This document shows, piece after piece, positions 35,675 to 48,390 of a stretch of DNA of 64,000 bases (the stretch's first letter is position 1; every line of letters starts with the position of its first letter). Under the pieces are notes generated by a model. The model saw only the letters and a program-made list of their open reading frames with translations, did no database searches and was not told the DNA's origin. Source of the stretch: Flaccisagitta enflata (Eukaryota); the NCBI GenBank assembly GCA_965153355.1, contig OZ231126.1:47120001-47184000 (forward strand). The letters run 5' to 3'. The position numbers and the translations under genes are program-made.

Positions 35675-37040
35675 TGTCTGTCGGGACACAATGTTGGGAC
35701 ACAATGTTGGGACACATTGTAGGGACACATTGTAGGGATACATATTTGGGACACAATGTCGGGACACAATGTCGGGACGCAGTGTCTGGACGCAGTGTCG
35801 GGATGCAATGTCGGGATGCAATGTCGGGACCCAATGTCAGGATGCAATGTTGGGATGCAATGTCAAGACGCAATGTCGGGACACAAAGTTGGGATGCAAT
35901 GTTGTGACGCAATGTCGGGACTCAATGTCACAACACAATGTTGGGATACAATGTCAGGACACAATGTTGGGAAACAATGTCGGGTCACAATGTTGTGAAG
36001 CAATGTTGGGACACAAAGTTGGGGCACAATGTCATGACGCAATGTCGGGACACAATGTCGGGACGCAATGTTGTGACCTGGGTTGGCAAAAAAGCCACTT
36101 TTTTGAAAAAAACCAATTTTAGCCGGCTAAAATGGATTAAACCGGCTAAAATACTGTGTTTTTTCAAACGCCGGATTTTTTCAAAAACGCGAAGAAGCAG
36201 CAATCAGTATAAATATGATAAAATAATGTTGATACATAGTTCTAGATGAGGAAAAAAGCTATACTGGACCTTGTTAGCAATGGAATCAATAACAGTTGGA
36301 GCTGCAGTCACCTTTTGATGTTTCTCACCTGATCTATCCTAAGTCACGGTTTCATCCAATGATGAAGAGTAAGAGAAATGATCAGGGATATGATCAGGGA
36401 AATGATCAGAGAAACGATCAGAGAAATGATCAGAGATTGTGATTCAATTCATGATTAAATAAATAAAATATGATAAATTTGATGATATATCAATAAGGCG
36501 CATTTTTGAAAAAAAATTAGGAACTTTCCCCTGCCACTGGCAACACGGATAGTTAAAGAGAGAAAAAAGAGGTGTATGATTTTGAGAGGAAAACAAAAAA
36601 AAAGGTGTATGATTTTGAGAGGAAAACAATTGAATAAACAATTGAGAAAAAAAATTTGTTGAAAAAAAAAATTAGGTTTTTCGGGAAATTTTGGATTTTT
36701 GGTGATTTTACAAAATTTTTTTGAAAAAAGCCAATTTTAGCCGGCTTTTTTCAAAAATCGTTTGAAAAAAACCAATTTAATCCAGCCGGTTTAATCCGGC
36801 TTTTTTCAAGTGGCTAAAATTAGTGTGCCAACCCAGGTTGTGACGCAATGTTGTGACGCAATGTTGTGACGCAATGTTGGGACGCAATGTCGAGATGCAA
36901 TGTTCAAACACAATGTTGGGACGCAATGTAAAGACGCAATGTCAAATGCAATATCTGGACGCAACATTGGGACACAATGTCTGGACACAATGTCGGGACA
37001 CAATGTCAGGACACAATGTTGGGACACAATGTTGGGACAC
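35675..37040 (+). repeat. 12-bp minisatellite (GGGACACAATGT)n with 13-bp variants, split by the hAT MITE
   Basis: Tandem units on both sides of 36078-36836; preceded by a HINE-type end GGCCAACACTTATAAGTCGCG near 35589. Confidence 0.9.
36078..36836. mobile_element. hAT-type MITE inserted into a 12-bp minisatellite
   Basis: TIR CTGGGTTGGCA...TGCCAACCCAG; 8-bp TSD GTTGTGAC at 36070-36077 and 36837-36844; subterminal AGCCGGCT motifs. Confidence 0.88.
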
Positions 37041-37372
37041 CACAAAGAAACTTCCCCCATTGGCGTAATGGACATTTGCGCTAGGGGCCTCCTTCACCAG
37101 CGCTTGTGTGTTTCTGGCCTCATTGCCCTAGTTCCTATCTGGCTTTTGCAAACATGCTATCTTAGGCGCAGTTAGTTTTCTTAGCGCATTAGCGCACCAA
37201 GACATAAGCGCATTAGCGCAAGTTTATTTCCTGGTTGCTCTCTGTCCCAGAACAGTAGACACATTGTTTTAAGGGTTAAGACTTCATGGAATGAGTTGAA
37301 GAAGTTCATAGGAGTGCGCTTGTGTTTGTTTATGCGTGTATGAGTGTGTGTTTGTTCATGCGTTAGAGCCAA

Positions 37373-37404
<32 letters not shown>

Positions 37405-37809
37405 AAAGAAAGAAAGAAAGAAAAAGTTAAAAAAGAAAAGTTAAAAAAAAAAAAAAAAAAGAAAAAAAGAGAGAGAAAAGCAAGCAGACAGACAAACACA
37501 AATATTCCGATTTCAGACAGAGAGGCACAGACATACAGACAGACAAACACAAAAACAGAATTACAACTTTGAGGTCTTACAGAGAGAAAAAAGATAAAAA
37601 CAGACAAAATTGCAAAAAAGACAGAAAAGATTTATAGCAAAAAAAGACAGAAAAAGACTAGCAGTGACAGACATACACATCCATGCTTCTCTCTGCTTAC
37701 TAAAGACTAGATTCATTGCCTTTGAGTCTCAACTTCTCCAAAAAGCTCTTGAAACTGCTGATACTGTTTTCAGAAATTAGGCGCAGTAAATGGCAAGGGG
37801 AATCACATT

Positions 37810-38427
37810 CGGCCAGGAATCTCAATGGAAAAAATCTCAATTTTAAGGGTTATGAAAAAAAAAGAATGGACCCATCCCAGATTTTTGCACAGGGGACCTA
37901 AAAAGGCTGTAGAACAAGATTCTGATGTTCATTTATTCCTTGAGCCAAAAAAAAAAAGAAACGGGTTTTAGTGCAAAAAACAGCTATTTTTCCTAAAAAA
38001 ATGGCATTAAATGAAATATTTTGGCCCTTTTTTTTGCAGAAACATAAAGTACCAATAGTAATTGATATTTGAGTGAATGTAGAACAATTTTTGATAGGTC
38101 TATGAGGTTCAAAAATAGTATTAAAATGCTCAAAAATGAAGAAATGACCTAAGCATTAAAAAATCGTCAAAACTGATGATTTGGAACAGTTTCTTAGGGA
38201 AAAATATGCTGTCAGTATGAATTTCATCGATTTACTGAAAAAAACATGGCCGTGATAAGCGAAAAACGCAAAACCGCAATATGCAAATGAGATCAAAGTG
38301 CGATTTTTGCAAAAAATGGCAAAACATGTTTTTTCTTTTTATAGAAGCTGAACACAATAGAATATTGAGTACTTACCTTTCCAAAGCCATTTATTGCAAA
38401 AACCGCACTTTGACCTCATTTGCATAT
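37810..38427. mobile_element. Truncated, inverted second copy of the 43295-44390 MITE
   Basis: Near-identical reverse complement of ~43755-44390; the same spurious ORF MQMRSKCDFCKKW appears on opposite strands. Confidence 0.85.
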
Positions 38428-39074
38428 GACGCAATGAAAATTACCATAGAATTTGCTACCCGAGCTAGATAAGTCATGAAATTTATAAGATGAAATTTAA
38501 TGACAATTTTTGTTTTTATGTTTTCAATTAAACTGTCAACAGCCATATTTTGCATGAATTGACTCGCATATGCCAGTTCTAAATCCCAATCCTTCATTTT
38601 ACAGCTGAAAAAATATGCGAAATTCAGTAAAAAACTTATCTTGTCAATGGACCATGGCTGATTGAAAATTTTAAATTTGCATAGAAAATCAAAATATCAT
38701 CAAAACAAAAACATAGCGCGATTCCTAAAACATATACTAAGGGCGCTATGTTCTTATTTTAATGATATTTAGATTTTTTATGCAAATTTAAAATTTTCAG
38801 TGAGCAGTTACTAAAATGATTGTCGCCATTTTTTTCTTTTCTTAGTCTCATCAGAATCGAATTTCCTTCAATCTTTTCGCATTTTTGTCATTTGACAGTG
38901 ACAGATCGATTTCCACATGTAAGTTGACACGTTTAGGTACAAAAAAATAAACACAAGCATTGACCTAAGCAAAAATAGTAAAGTGTATGGTAACTTTGTC
39001 CTCGAGGTATGGACAGCCTGTGGCCAGCCCAAATCCAGCCCAAATCCAGCCAAGAACCTTTTATCTGCTTCAGC

Positions 39075-40010
39075 ACTACTCCAGCTCCCGCTAGTTCCTC
39101 TCCCGCGGCTCCTGCTTAGCTTATTCCCGTGCTGCTGCTCCCATTAATTCCTCTCCCGCAGCTTCCGTTTCAGTAGCTCCCGTTTCAGTAGCTCCCGCTC
39201 CATCAACTCCCGCTCCATCAACTCCCGCTCCAGCAACTCCCGCTCCAGCAACTCCCGCCTCCACTCCTGCTCCCGCCCCTCACGCACCCGCAACTCCCGC
39301 AGTCGCAACTCATGTTCCGTAACTCCCGCTCCCGCTCCTCCTGCTCCTCTCGCTCCAGTACCTCCCGCTCCCGCTCCTCCCACTTCTGCTCCTCCCTCTC
39401 CCGCTCCTCCCGCTCCCGCAACTCCTGCTCCTGCTCCTCCCGCACCCGCAACTCCCGCTCCTGTTCCTCCTCTAGCTCCTTTACCTTCTGCTCCTCCCGC
39501 TCCCGCTCCTCCCGCTCCTGCAATTCCCGCTCCTACAACTCCTACTCCTACTCCTCCCTCTCCCGCTCCTCCCTCTCCCGCTGCTCCCGCACCCCCCCCT
39601 CCCACTCCAGCACCTCCCGCTCCAGCAACTCCCGCTCCCGCAACTCCCGCTCCTCCTGCTCCTCTTGCTCTGGTACTTCCCGCTCCTCCTGCTCCCGCTC
39701 CGCCCGCTCCAGCCTGCTCCCGCTCCTCCCGCTCCAGAAACTCCAGCTCCGGTATCTCCCACTCCCGCTCCTCCCGCTCCAGAAACTCCTGCTCCGGTAT
39801 CTCCCACTCCCGCTCATCCCTCTCCCGCACCTCCCGCTCCAAAAACTCCTGCTCCGGTATCTCCCACTCCCGCTCCTCCGCTCCCGCTCCTCCGCTCCAG
39901 CTCTGTCTTGTGTCTCCCTCCACATCCTCCACGCTCCCGCTCCTCCGCTCCGAAAGCCTGTCCGCGATATCCTCCCGCTCCCGCTCCCGCTCCTCCCGCT
40001 TAGAAACCCT
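39075..40010 (+). repeat. C-rich (CTCCCG/CTCCTG)n low-complexity array
   Basis: Direct inspection; followed by a HINE-type terminus AGTCGCGTAGCACGCGACAAAAAA at 40273-40296. Confidence 0.9.
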
Positions 40011-41193
40011 GCTCCGGTGTCTCCCTCCACCTTCTCCAATCCCTGACTCCCGCTTTAGCCACCCCCAACTCCCGCATCCGCAATTCCGCCCCCACTTCCT
40101 CTGCCTCAACTTCCCCCACTCCCGCTTATTCCTCTCCCACCACCGATGAATTCCCCACGAATCCTTCGCCTCGGAATTCAGCGCCTAGATTCCACCGCCT
40201 CGGAATTCAGCGCCGCACCGATCCCACCGCCTCAGGAATCATTCGCCCCCCCCCCGACGAAGCAAGGTTTAGAGTCGCGTAGCACGCGACAAAAAATAGT
40301 ATTCATGACTCAAGTTGTCATTATTATCGTAGTAACATTTAGTTTGAACTAGAATCCTTCGATCCCTCCATCCATCTCAGAACAAAAGGAAGTGATTATT
40401 GACTCGGTAATCGTCACAGCTGATTGCCCAGTCATCATCATCGACATTCACGCTTCATCGTCATCAAGGAGATACTGAATATTCATGCTAAACTAGAAAA
40501 TACAAAAAGAGTAAAAAGGATTGAAAAATACTTATAGTGTTCATCCAAAGGAAGCAACTATCTTTGCCTCCTACGTCAAGCGATTCACTGATGAATAAGT
40601 TTGGTTCCTCTTCCCGTGATATCCATCTCATCCTTGTCTGCTTTTCAGATGTTCTTTGCTCTTCCTTTCCACTTACTCAAGTGTATCGCAACTTACCCGT
40701 TTCTAACGTCAAATCTGACCGCTAATTCAGGTTGGCTGTGTTCTTACTGATGGCGACAACAACTTCAGCGGCGGCGGCGTCGACGGCGGCGACGGCGGCG
40801 ACGACGACGGCGGCTGTGACGGCGGCGACGGCGGCAGTAGCGACGACGACGACAACGACGACGACGACGATGATGAGCAAAATGTATTAGCAACAACAGC
40901 AATAAGCGTAGCTAACAGCAACAAATAACAGTAACAACAGCAACAAAACAGCGGCAGCCTTAACAGCAAAACAGCAATAGCAACCCCAGCAATGCCAGCA
41001 ACAGCATCATGTTAACGACAACCATAACATGCAGCAGCAGCAACCTTAACAGCAGCAACAGCAGCAGCAGCAACAGCAACCGGCAACAGGACTGGAGGAA
41101 GAAGGCGCATGGTTGATAGACGCAAAAAACAAAAAACAAACAAATAACAAAATAAATCAATTATTATTTGTCAATTTCAAAATTCATGCATTT

Positions 41194-41309
<116 letters not shown>

Positions 41310-43294
41310 TACAGAAGAGATTTTCCTTTTTGCTACCCGTCTTTTCATTGGTCAATTCCTTTTTGATACGCGCTCGATGGTGTGGGCGGACGGGCGGGCG
41401 GATGGACGGGCAGGATGGGCAGACGGACAGATGGACGGACGGGCTGATGAGACCAGCCCTCTGCCAAGTTGTCCATATTCACACTTTATATTTTATCATT
41501 TGCTTTGGCTGTTATATCAAAAAGAGCTGGTTTTGTTTTTCAGTTTGTCCGTAAGAGGATAATTTTTTTTTACAAGAGACAATTAAAAAGATTTTTTAAA
41601 AATTTTTCAATCTAGATCAATCCTTGGTCTGTATCTCATACGGTTTAGAAGAGAAAGAGTGCAAAGAGAAGCACTATATTGCCCCTAAAATGTTTAAGTC
41701 TTTAGTTGCCGACACGCATCTCTATAAGTGGCATTGTCTGTACATTGCTCTGTCCGTCTATTAATTGGTCCATAGAGGTGATCGAGTCAAATTACCAGCC
41801 TGCATATAATTGGACCCCTCTGGTGAAGTTTGGAGATGGGGAAGGAAATCAAAGGGGGAAAAAGAGAAAAAAAGAAAATTGGGGGTAATTATAACTATAT
41901 AAATACTGATTAATAATCAGTGATTATTAAACACAATTCACCAATATTCAAACCTTAACTACACTGTTTTATTGCCTTATGAGAGGAAGAAAATTACTCT
42001 AGATTTCAAAACATTAGAATTGCTTCACGGGAAAATCCAAGGGAGGAAGTCCAAAAGTGACTCAATTTTATACACCCCTGAGTCGAAAAAAAAAGAAAAA
42101 AAATGAGTTGGGTTTGGAGTGTGGATGAGGGTTGGATGCCCCTGTCCACCCATCCGCAACAATATTGTGAACCCGCGTGACTTATTACATAGCGATTGCG
42201 AAACTCAAATGGACCATGTCTTCACACCCATAGATCTTAGATCGATAAAGATAGGGGTCAATGTCCACGGGACTGACCATGACAACCCTTCTTAGTACCC
42301 CAGGCCGTGTATCCGGCCTTGTTAATTCATTGGAGTCACGGATGCACGGCTACTCGGTTCGCGTGCGGGTGGGCGGGAGCCATATTTGAAGTCACTAGAC
42401 CATGAGGGCATTAGCAGTGTGGTCATATTACAAGATTCATAAAAAAGTAAAATGTGAACAACAGACTTACAGACTCTGATCGACCAATGGACAAAGCGGG
42501 GTGTAGATTTGCGCAGCACGCGACTAAATAACAAGGCCGGATACACGTCTACCCCAGTCGCATGCAGAAGTTCACTAGGCAGGAGCAGTGAGGTAAAAAA
42601 ATGAAATTCATGAATAAAGTAAAAGTGTTACTGACAGAACAACAAACTGACCAACTGACCGACCGATGGAAGGACGGACAAAGTTTTTTCTAAAATTCAT
42701 AGGCAAAATTAACCTTTCAAAAGAGTTTCTTTTTTGTTTTTGTTTTTTTTTTTTTTTTAGTTGTATGGCAAGTTATCAGAAATTCTAAAATTTCTTGTGG
42801 TGACAGATTGATACCATGAGGGAACTTTAACGCCATGTATCTTCAATTCTCACGAAATGACTAAATTTCTGTGTTTTCCTTTCTCTCTGTGCATACCCTT
42901 CTTACATCCATTGCCTCATCATTTCCTTTGATTTCTTTTGTTTGTTTGTTTGTTTGTTTGTTTGTTTGTTTTTTTCTTTCTTTCTTTCTTTCTTTCTTTC
43001 TTTTTCTTTTCTTTTTCTTTTTCTTTTTTTCTTTTTTCTTTTTTTTTTCTTTTAGTACAGCCCTGCCCCTTGATAACGGCCCCATAGGGACCATTCAATT
43101 TTTGCCTTTATCGCGGGGCACCGTTATCATGAAACGCTATTTTACTAGCTGATTGTTTTTACCGTAGCATTCATTATTTCGTAATTTACTTGATGTTTGA
43201 ATGTTTCTTTTCTTTTTCAATGAATGATTTAGATATTTGATAAAAAGTATACTGCCGTTTTGCCAATAGAGAAAAAACTACAAAATTTCTTATA

Positions 43295-44390
43295 CGGCCA
43301 GAAGTCTCACTTGCAAAATTCTTTAAAAAAAAAAAAAAAAAATGGACCCATCCCAGATTTTTGCACAGGGGACTTAAAAAGGCTGTAGAACAAGATTCTG
43401 ATGTTCATTTTGACCTGACTTGAGCCAAAAAAAAAAGAAACGGTTTTTATTGCAAGAAACGGCTATTTTTCCTAAAAAAATAGTATAAAATGAAATTTTT
43501 TTGACTTTTTTTTTACAGAAACATAGTCCCAATAGTAATTGATATTTGAGTGACTCTAGAACAATTTTGAATCGGTCTATGAGGTTCAAAAATAGCATTA
43601 AAATGCTCAAAAATGAAGAAATGACCTAAAAATTAAAAAATTGTCAAAACTGATGTTTTGGAACAGTTTCTTAGGGTAAAATATGCTGTCAGTATGAATT
43701 TCATCGATTTACTTAAAAAAACATGGCCGTGATAAGCGAAAAACGCACAACCGCAATATGCAAATGAGGTCAAAGTGCGGTTTTTTTTTTTTTTTTTTGC
43801 AAAAAATGGCTTTGGAAAGGTAAGTACTCAATATTTTATTGTGTTTAGCTTCTATAAAAAGAAAAAACATGTTTTGCCATTTTTTGCAAAAATCGCACTT
43901 TGATCTCATTTGCATATTGCGGTTTTGCGTTTTTCGCTTATCACGGCCATGTTATTTTAAGTAAATCGATGAAATTCATACTGACAGCATATTTTTTCCC
44001 TAAGAAACTGTTCCAAATCATCAGTTTTGACGATTTTTTAATTCTTAGGTCATTTCTTCATTTTTGAGCATTCAAATGCTATTTTTGAACCTCATAGACC
44101 TATTAAAAATTGTTCTACATTCACTCAAATATCAATTACTATTGGTACTTTATGTTTCTGCAAACAAAAGGGCCAAAATATTTCATTTAATGCCATTTTT
44201 TTAGGAAAAATAGCTGTTTTTTGCACTAAAACCCGTTTCTTTTTTTTTTTGGCTCAAGTTAGGTCAAAATGAACATCAGAAACTTGTTCTACAGCCTTTT
44301 TAGGTCCCCTGTGCAAAAATCTGGGATGGGTCCATTTTTTTTTTTCATAACCCTTAAAATTGAGATTTTCTCCATCGAGATTCCTGGCCG
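43295..44390. mobile_element. Fold-back MITE (~1.1 kb) flanked by TATA
   Basis: TATA|CGGCCAG ... CTGGCCG|TATA; arms ~43340-43790 and ~43880-44340 are inverted copies. Confidence 0.85.
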
Positions 44391-45344
44391 TATAAGATTG
44401 AAAATATCATGCTTTATAGAAGGCTGTGCCTTATTAGCGGGTGCGCTATAGCGATGTTCGACTGTACTTATCACATTTGTACACGAGGTAAAAATTGCAT
44501 GATAGTGGGTTGATGAAAAAAGATGTGCTTCGTGGGAAGAGAGGTGGGAAAAAGAATCGCCCGTGACATTTTTAAGACGCGAAAAATAAGACTGAAGCTC
44601 ATGAATTTTTTTGCAATGTCTCTGACATTGAGATTGGACTGTGAGAAGCGATGGAAGGGTGTGGGTAACAAGTCTCGATTCTGAAAGGTTAACAGGTGAA
44701 TCGATTGATCGAAAATTCTTCATGAGAGCTACCAAAAAAAAAAAAAAAAAAAAAAAGAGAGAAAGAAAGAGAGTGAGAAAAAGAGAGCGAGAAACAGACT
44801 GATGTGACAAAGAGACACTGACAGAACGGCGGCCTGACAAAAAAAAAACTGACAAAACGGAAAAACTGACAGAAAGACACTGACGGAAAGTCAAACCGAC
44901 AGAAAGACACTGACACACATACAAACCGACACACATACAGACTGACAAACATAGAAACTGACACTGACAGAGAGACAGACTGACAGAAAGACCCAAAGAT
45001 GGAGTTAGGAATAACAAGACCTAAGTCGCGTGCATTGGAACTTTAAAAAAAAGTCAGGCAGATAGACAGACAAACGATTTTTTTTTTCAAAAAGACTTTT
45101 GAAACAGTCATTTTTTTCCAGTATTCACAGACATGAAAAACGCGATTAAAAAATCTCTAAAACGACTTTGTGACGAACAGACCGACGGACTGACGGACCG
45201 ACGGACCGACGGACCAACTGACCAACCGACCAACCGACCAAAAAGTGGCTTATACAGTCGCATAGCACGCGACTAAAAATATGAATGCGCCATTACTTCT
45301 GATGAGTGGGAGATCTATTACCGTAGCGCATTGTTTGAAATAAG

Positions 45345-46677
45345 CAAGAGAAAAAATCTGAACAGTATCTGGGTCCGCGACGGAAGGGGGTTACAGATCA
45401 CCAATTCCATAAGATCGCTATGACCAAAAGATCGCTAACTCTGTAAGTTCGCTGAAACCAAAAAATCTTTACATTTAGAGCCTCCCTACAAAGTTTCATG
45501 CAAATCCGTTTAAAAATAGCAAAGTTATGCACGTTTTTCACTTTTAAGCTAGGAGGGTGGTTAAGTGGTAGGCTGGTTTGGATAAATAGTGTGCAAATGT
45601 TGAGTTCTTCCATTTAGAGACTCCATACCAAGTTTCAACCAAATTGGTTGAAAAATGTCCAATTTATGCAAGTTTTTCACTTTTAGACCGGTAAGCTGGT
45701 TGGGTGGTAGGTCGGTTTGGCCAGTTGGCATGCTCAAACATAAATATATCACATACATGTGTTGAGTCTTTCCATTTAGAGACTCCATACCAAATTTCAA
45801 CCAAATTGGTTGAAAAACGCCAAAGTTATGCACATTTTTCACTTTTAGGCTGGTAGGCTGGTTGGGTGGTAGGCTGGTTTGACAGGATAAATAGTGTGCA
45901 TATGTTGAGTTCTTCCATTTAGAGACTCCATACCAAGTTTCAACCAAATCAGTTGAAAAATGACAAAGTTACAAAGTTTTTCAGGCGGTTGGCTGGTTGG
46001 GTGGTAGGTCGGTTTGGCGGTTAGCATGCTCAAATGCATATAAATCATATACATATGTTGAGGCCTTCCATTTAGAGACTCCATACCAAATTTCAGCCAA
46101 ATCGGTTGAAAAATGCCAAAGTTATGCACGTTTTTCACTTTTAGGCCAGTAGGCTGGTTGGGTGGTAGGCTGGTTTAACAGGATAAATAGTTTGCATATG
46201 CTGAGTCCTTCCATTTAGAGACTCCATAAGTTTCCAAATCAGTTGAAAAATGACAAAGTTAAGTTTTTCACTTTAGGCCGGTTGGCTGGTTGGGTGGTAG
46301 GTCGGTTTGGCCGGTTAGCATGCTCAAATGCATATAAATCATATACATGTTTGGGCCTTCCATTTAGAGACTCCATACCAAATTTCAGCAAATCGGTTGA
46401 AAAATACCAAAGTTATGCACATTTTTCACTTTTAGGCCGGTAGGCTGGTTGGGCCGGTTGGGTTGGTCGGATCATGAAAATCGGATAGGATGTAAAGCGC
46501 CTTACCCTAGTACAACTTCCCCCCAAATATCAACCAAATCGGTCAAAGCATAAAAAAGTTATCCATTTTTTAAAATCCGTAACAACGACGACAACGACAA
46601 CAACGACGACGACGACACCCACCCGCCTTGAATTATAGTCCGCGTCGGAATGATATTCCGTCGCGGACAAAAAAAAA
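45345..46677 (-). mobile_element. Second HINE-like family (copy 2, more internal units)
   Basis: Same ends and internal units as 11850-13019. Confidence 0.8.
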
Positions 46678-46765
46678 GACGGCTTATTGTGTTATGCTTT
46701 GCCATTTCCACGCTATGGTAACAGGAAATGATTGAATTGCTGAAAAGTGCCCCAATTGTGAGTTG

Positions 46766-46833
<68 letters not shown>

Positions 46834-47032
46834 CCTCTCTCTCTCTTTCTCTCGACGCCACTCGTGTTTCGCCGAAACTGTTTCGGGTTTCTCCGGTCAA
46901 AACAAAGTGGGGATTAGTGGTTGCCCTCGGTGGGCTACAGTCAGTTCACCGCTAACAAGGAGTTTAAAATCATTATGGTCCAAAAATTTTGACAGATATT
47001 GCCGATTCACCGTTAAAGGCGTGCCCGTTATC

Positions 47033-47514
47033 TAGGGGCAATTTAGCATTACAAAAGGCTAAAAAAATTTTAACTTTTTTAACTAACTTTTAACCTTTAA
47101 CCTTTGTAAAAGTTAAAAAAGTTAAAAAAGTTAAAAAAGGTTAAAAAGGTTAAAAATTAAAAAAATGTTAAAAAAAGTTAAAAATACTAAAAAGTTAAAA
47201 AAAAAGTTAAAAAGTTAAAAATGTTAAAAGTTAAAAATGTTAAAAAAGTTAAAAATATTAAAAAACTGCAGTCGGCAATAAAAAAGCACTGACTAAAAAC
47301 CATGGGCTATTAAAGTTTTTTAACTTTTTAATCTTTAACTTTTTAACTTTTTGCTTTTAACTTTTTTTTAACTAACCTTTTAACTTTTAACCTTTAACAT
47401 TTTTAAACTTTTTTTTTTTTAACTTTTTAACATTTTTTTTAACTTTACTAAAAGTTGTAAAAAGTTAAAAAAAGTTAAAAAAGGTTAAAAAATTTTTAGC
47501 TTTCGTACCCCCTG
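47033..47514. mobile_element. Degenerate relative of the CAGGGGTA / (TTAAAAA)n element
   Basis: Ends TTTTTAGCTTTCGTACCCCCTG; internal GTTAAAAA and TTTTAAC arrays in both orientations; left TIR degraded. Confidence 0.55.
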
Positions 47515-47859
47515 ACAACTTTCTTTTAACAATCTCGTGCAAAGGCTGGAAATCTCATTGGTTCACGTGGTAACTCATCTCCAATCAGTAAATCTAGCTG
47601 ATCTCCATGGAGATGAGCATTCCATATGATATGTGAAAGGGGATAGAACAGCAGCAGCGGCAGCAGAGATGATAATTTGCATACAAGCAAATACACATGG
47701 AGTTTAAAGTAATGCAATGGTTGAACTCTACCCGGGTGGCTGTACTCAGCCATGATGACAGTACCCTGGTACCCTGTCTCTATGGTACCCTGGCCTGATA
47801 GTAATTCTTAATGACAGTATTATTTCATGGTAGTGGTCTCACAATAACTGTAATACACT

Positions 47860-48390
47860 GATGTCAGCATCATTGTCATTCATATCATCATTTGGCATCA
47901 TTGTCATTCAGCATCATCGTCATTCAGCGTCGTCATTATTCAGCGTCGTGGTCATTCAGTGTCGTGGTCATTCAGCGTCGTGGTCATTCAGCATCATCGT
48001 CTTTATTCAGCATCGTCGTCTTTATTCTGCATCATCTTTATTCAGCATTGTCGTCTTTATTCAGCATCGTCGTCTTTATTCAGCATCGCCGTCTTTATTC
48101 AGCATCATCGTCTTTATTCAGCATCGCCGTCTTTATTCAGCATTGTCGTCAATCAGCATCGTCGTCTTTATTCAGCATTGTTGTCATTCAGCATCGTCAT
48201 CATTCAGCATAGTCATCATTCAGCGTCGTTGTCATTCATCATCGTCGTCATTCAGCTTCGTCGTCATTCGGCATCGTCGTCATTCAGCATCGTCGTCATT
48301 CAGCATCGTTGTCATTCAGTATCGTTGTCATTCAGCATTGTCATCATTCAGCATTGTCATCATCATCATCATCATTCAGCATCATCATCA
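47860..48390 (+). repeat. 16-19-bp minisatellite (CAGCATCGTCGTC[TTT]ATT)n
   Basis: Direct inspection. Confidence 0.9.

Noticed and set aside
28984-37175. ORFs with SSWQPT, LEASCR, TRGKLP, HLKSPA and HNVGTQC repeats
   Set aside because: Products of 18-bp and 12-bp minisatellites, open in multiple frames on both strands.
39144-40109. 321-aa Gly/Ala/Glu-rich ORF resembling a fibroin or structural protein
   Set aside because: Open in several frames because the hexamer repeat lacks stops; GTG-type start; lies beside a HINE terminus.
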